Below are positions 63,801 through 64,000 of a stretch of DNA of 64,000 nucleotides, piece by piece (positions within the stretch are counted from its first letter, which is position 1; every line of letters starts with the position of its first letter). The DNA comes from Takakia lepidozioides. Lineage: Eukaryota > Plantae > Bryophyta. The notes beneath the pieces are model-generated. The model was not told where the DNA came from, ran no database searches, and was given only the letters and a program-made list of their open reading frames with translations. The stretch covers positions 60,698,001 to 60,762,000 of the forward strand of contig CM060732.1 of assembly GCA_030704615.1 (NCBI GenBank). The letters run 5' to 3'. The position numbers and the translations under genes were made by a program.

Positions 63801-64000
63801 CTGTCTCAGGCCAGAATATGAATTAGTGAACAACCAAGTGTGGTCGGAGCTGCCTGCAAAAACTGAGGCATCCTCCACTAGGAAGAAATATTGCATCTTT
63901 ACCTACTCTTGAGACCTTCCTGAAGTGACGCAGAATAACTCTTTTGTTGAAGTACAGAGCACTAATCTTAGATCACAGCACACTGCTATTCGAGTGATGA

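Overview
Eukaryotic, intron-rich land-plant DNA. A non-seed lineage (bryophyte or lycophyte) is inferred from the PLS/DYW PPR debris and a Tcn1-like self-priming chromovirus; the species cannot be determined. Host genes, left to right: 3' end of an LRR-III-type inactive receptor kinase; two head-to-head HOTHEAD-like GMC oxidoreductases (the second has both active-site residues substituted); an intronless GIL1/IRKI-like ORF; CTR9/VIP6; RFT1; a third, canonical HOTHEAD-like gene; an AVT1-like amino-acid transporter; and the 3' end of CCS. The 24.7-44.5 kb interval is transposon-rich. It holds Copia fragments and a full-length but decayed chromovirus LTR retrotransposon (29962-41236, TSD AGGGG) whose 3' LTR is split by a 5.45-kb non-autonomous CACTA element (TSD TAG). 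The CACTA cargo consists of multiplied exon/intron pieces of a gene that fuses OSB-type PDF motifs (WWDNR...PDFK) in frame to PLS-class PPR repeats; this is the best candidate for an undescribed system here. Other notable signals: many host introns end in G-rich rather than pyrimidine-rich tracts that can pair with their C/T-rich 5' ends; an intronless plastid APX fragment lies between loose inverted repeats; and one LINE family has left five or more copies of its (CATTT)n 3' tail. Exon boundaries were read by eye from translation plus GT/GC-AG signals, and no database searches were run.
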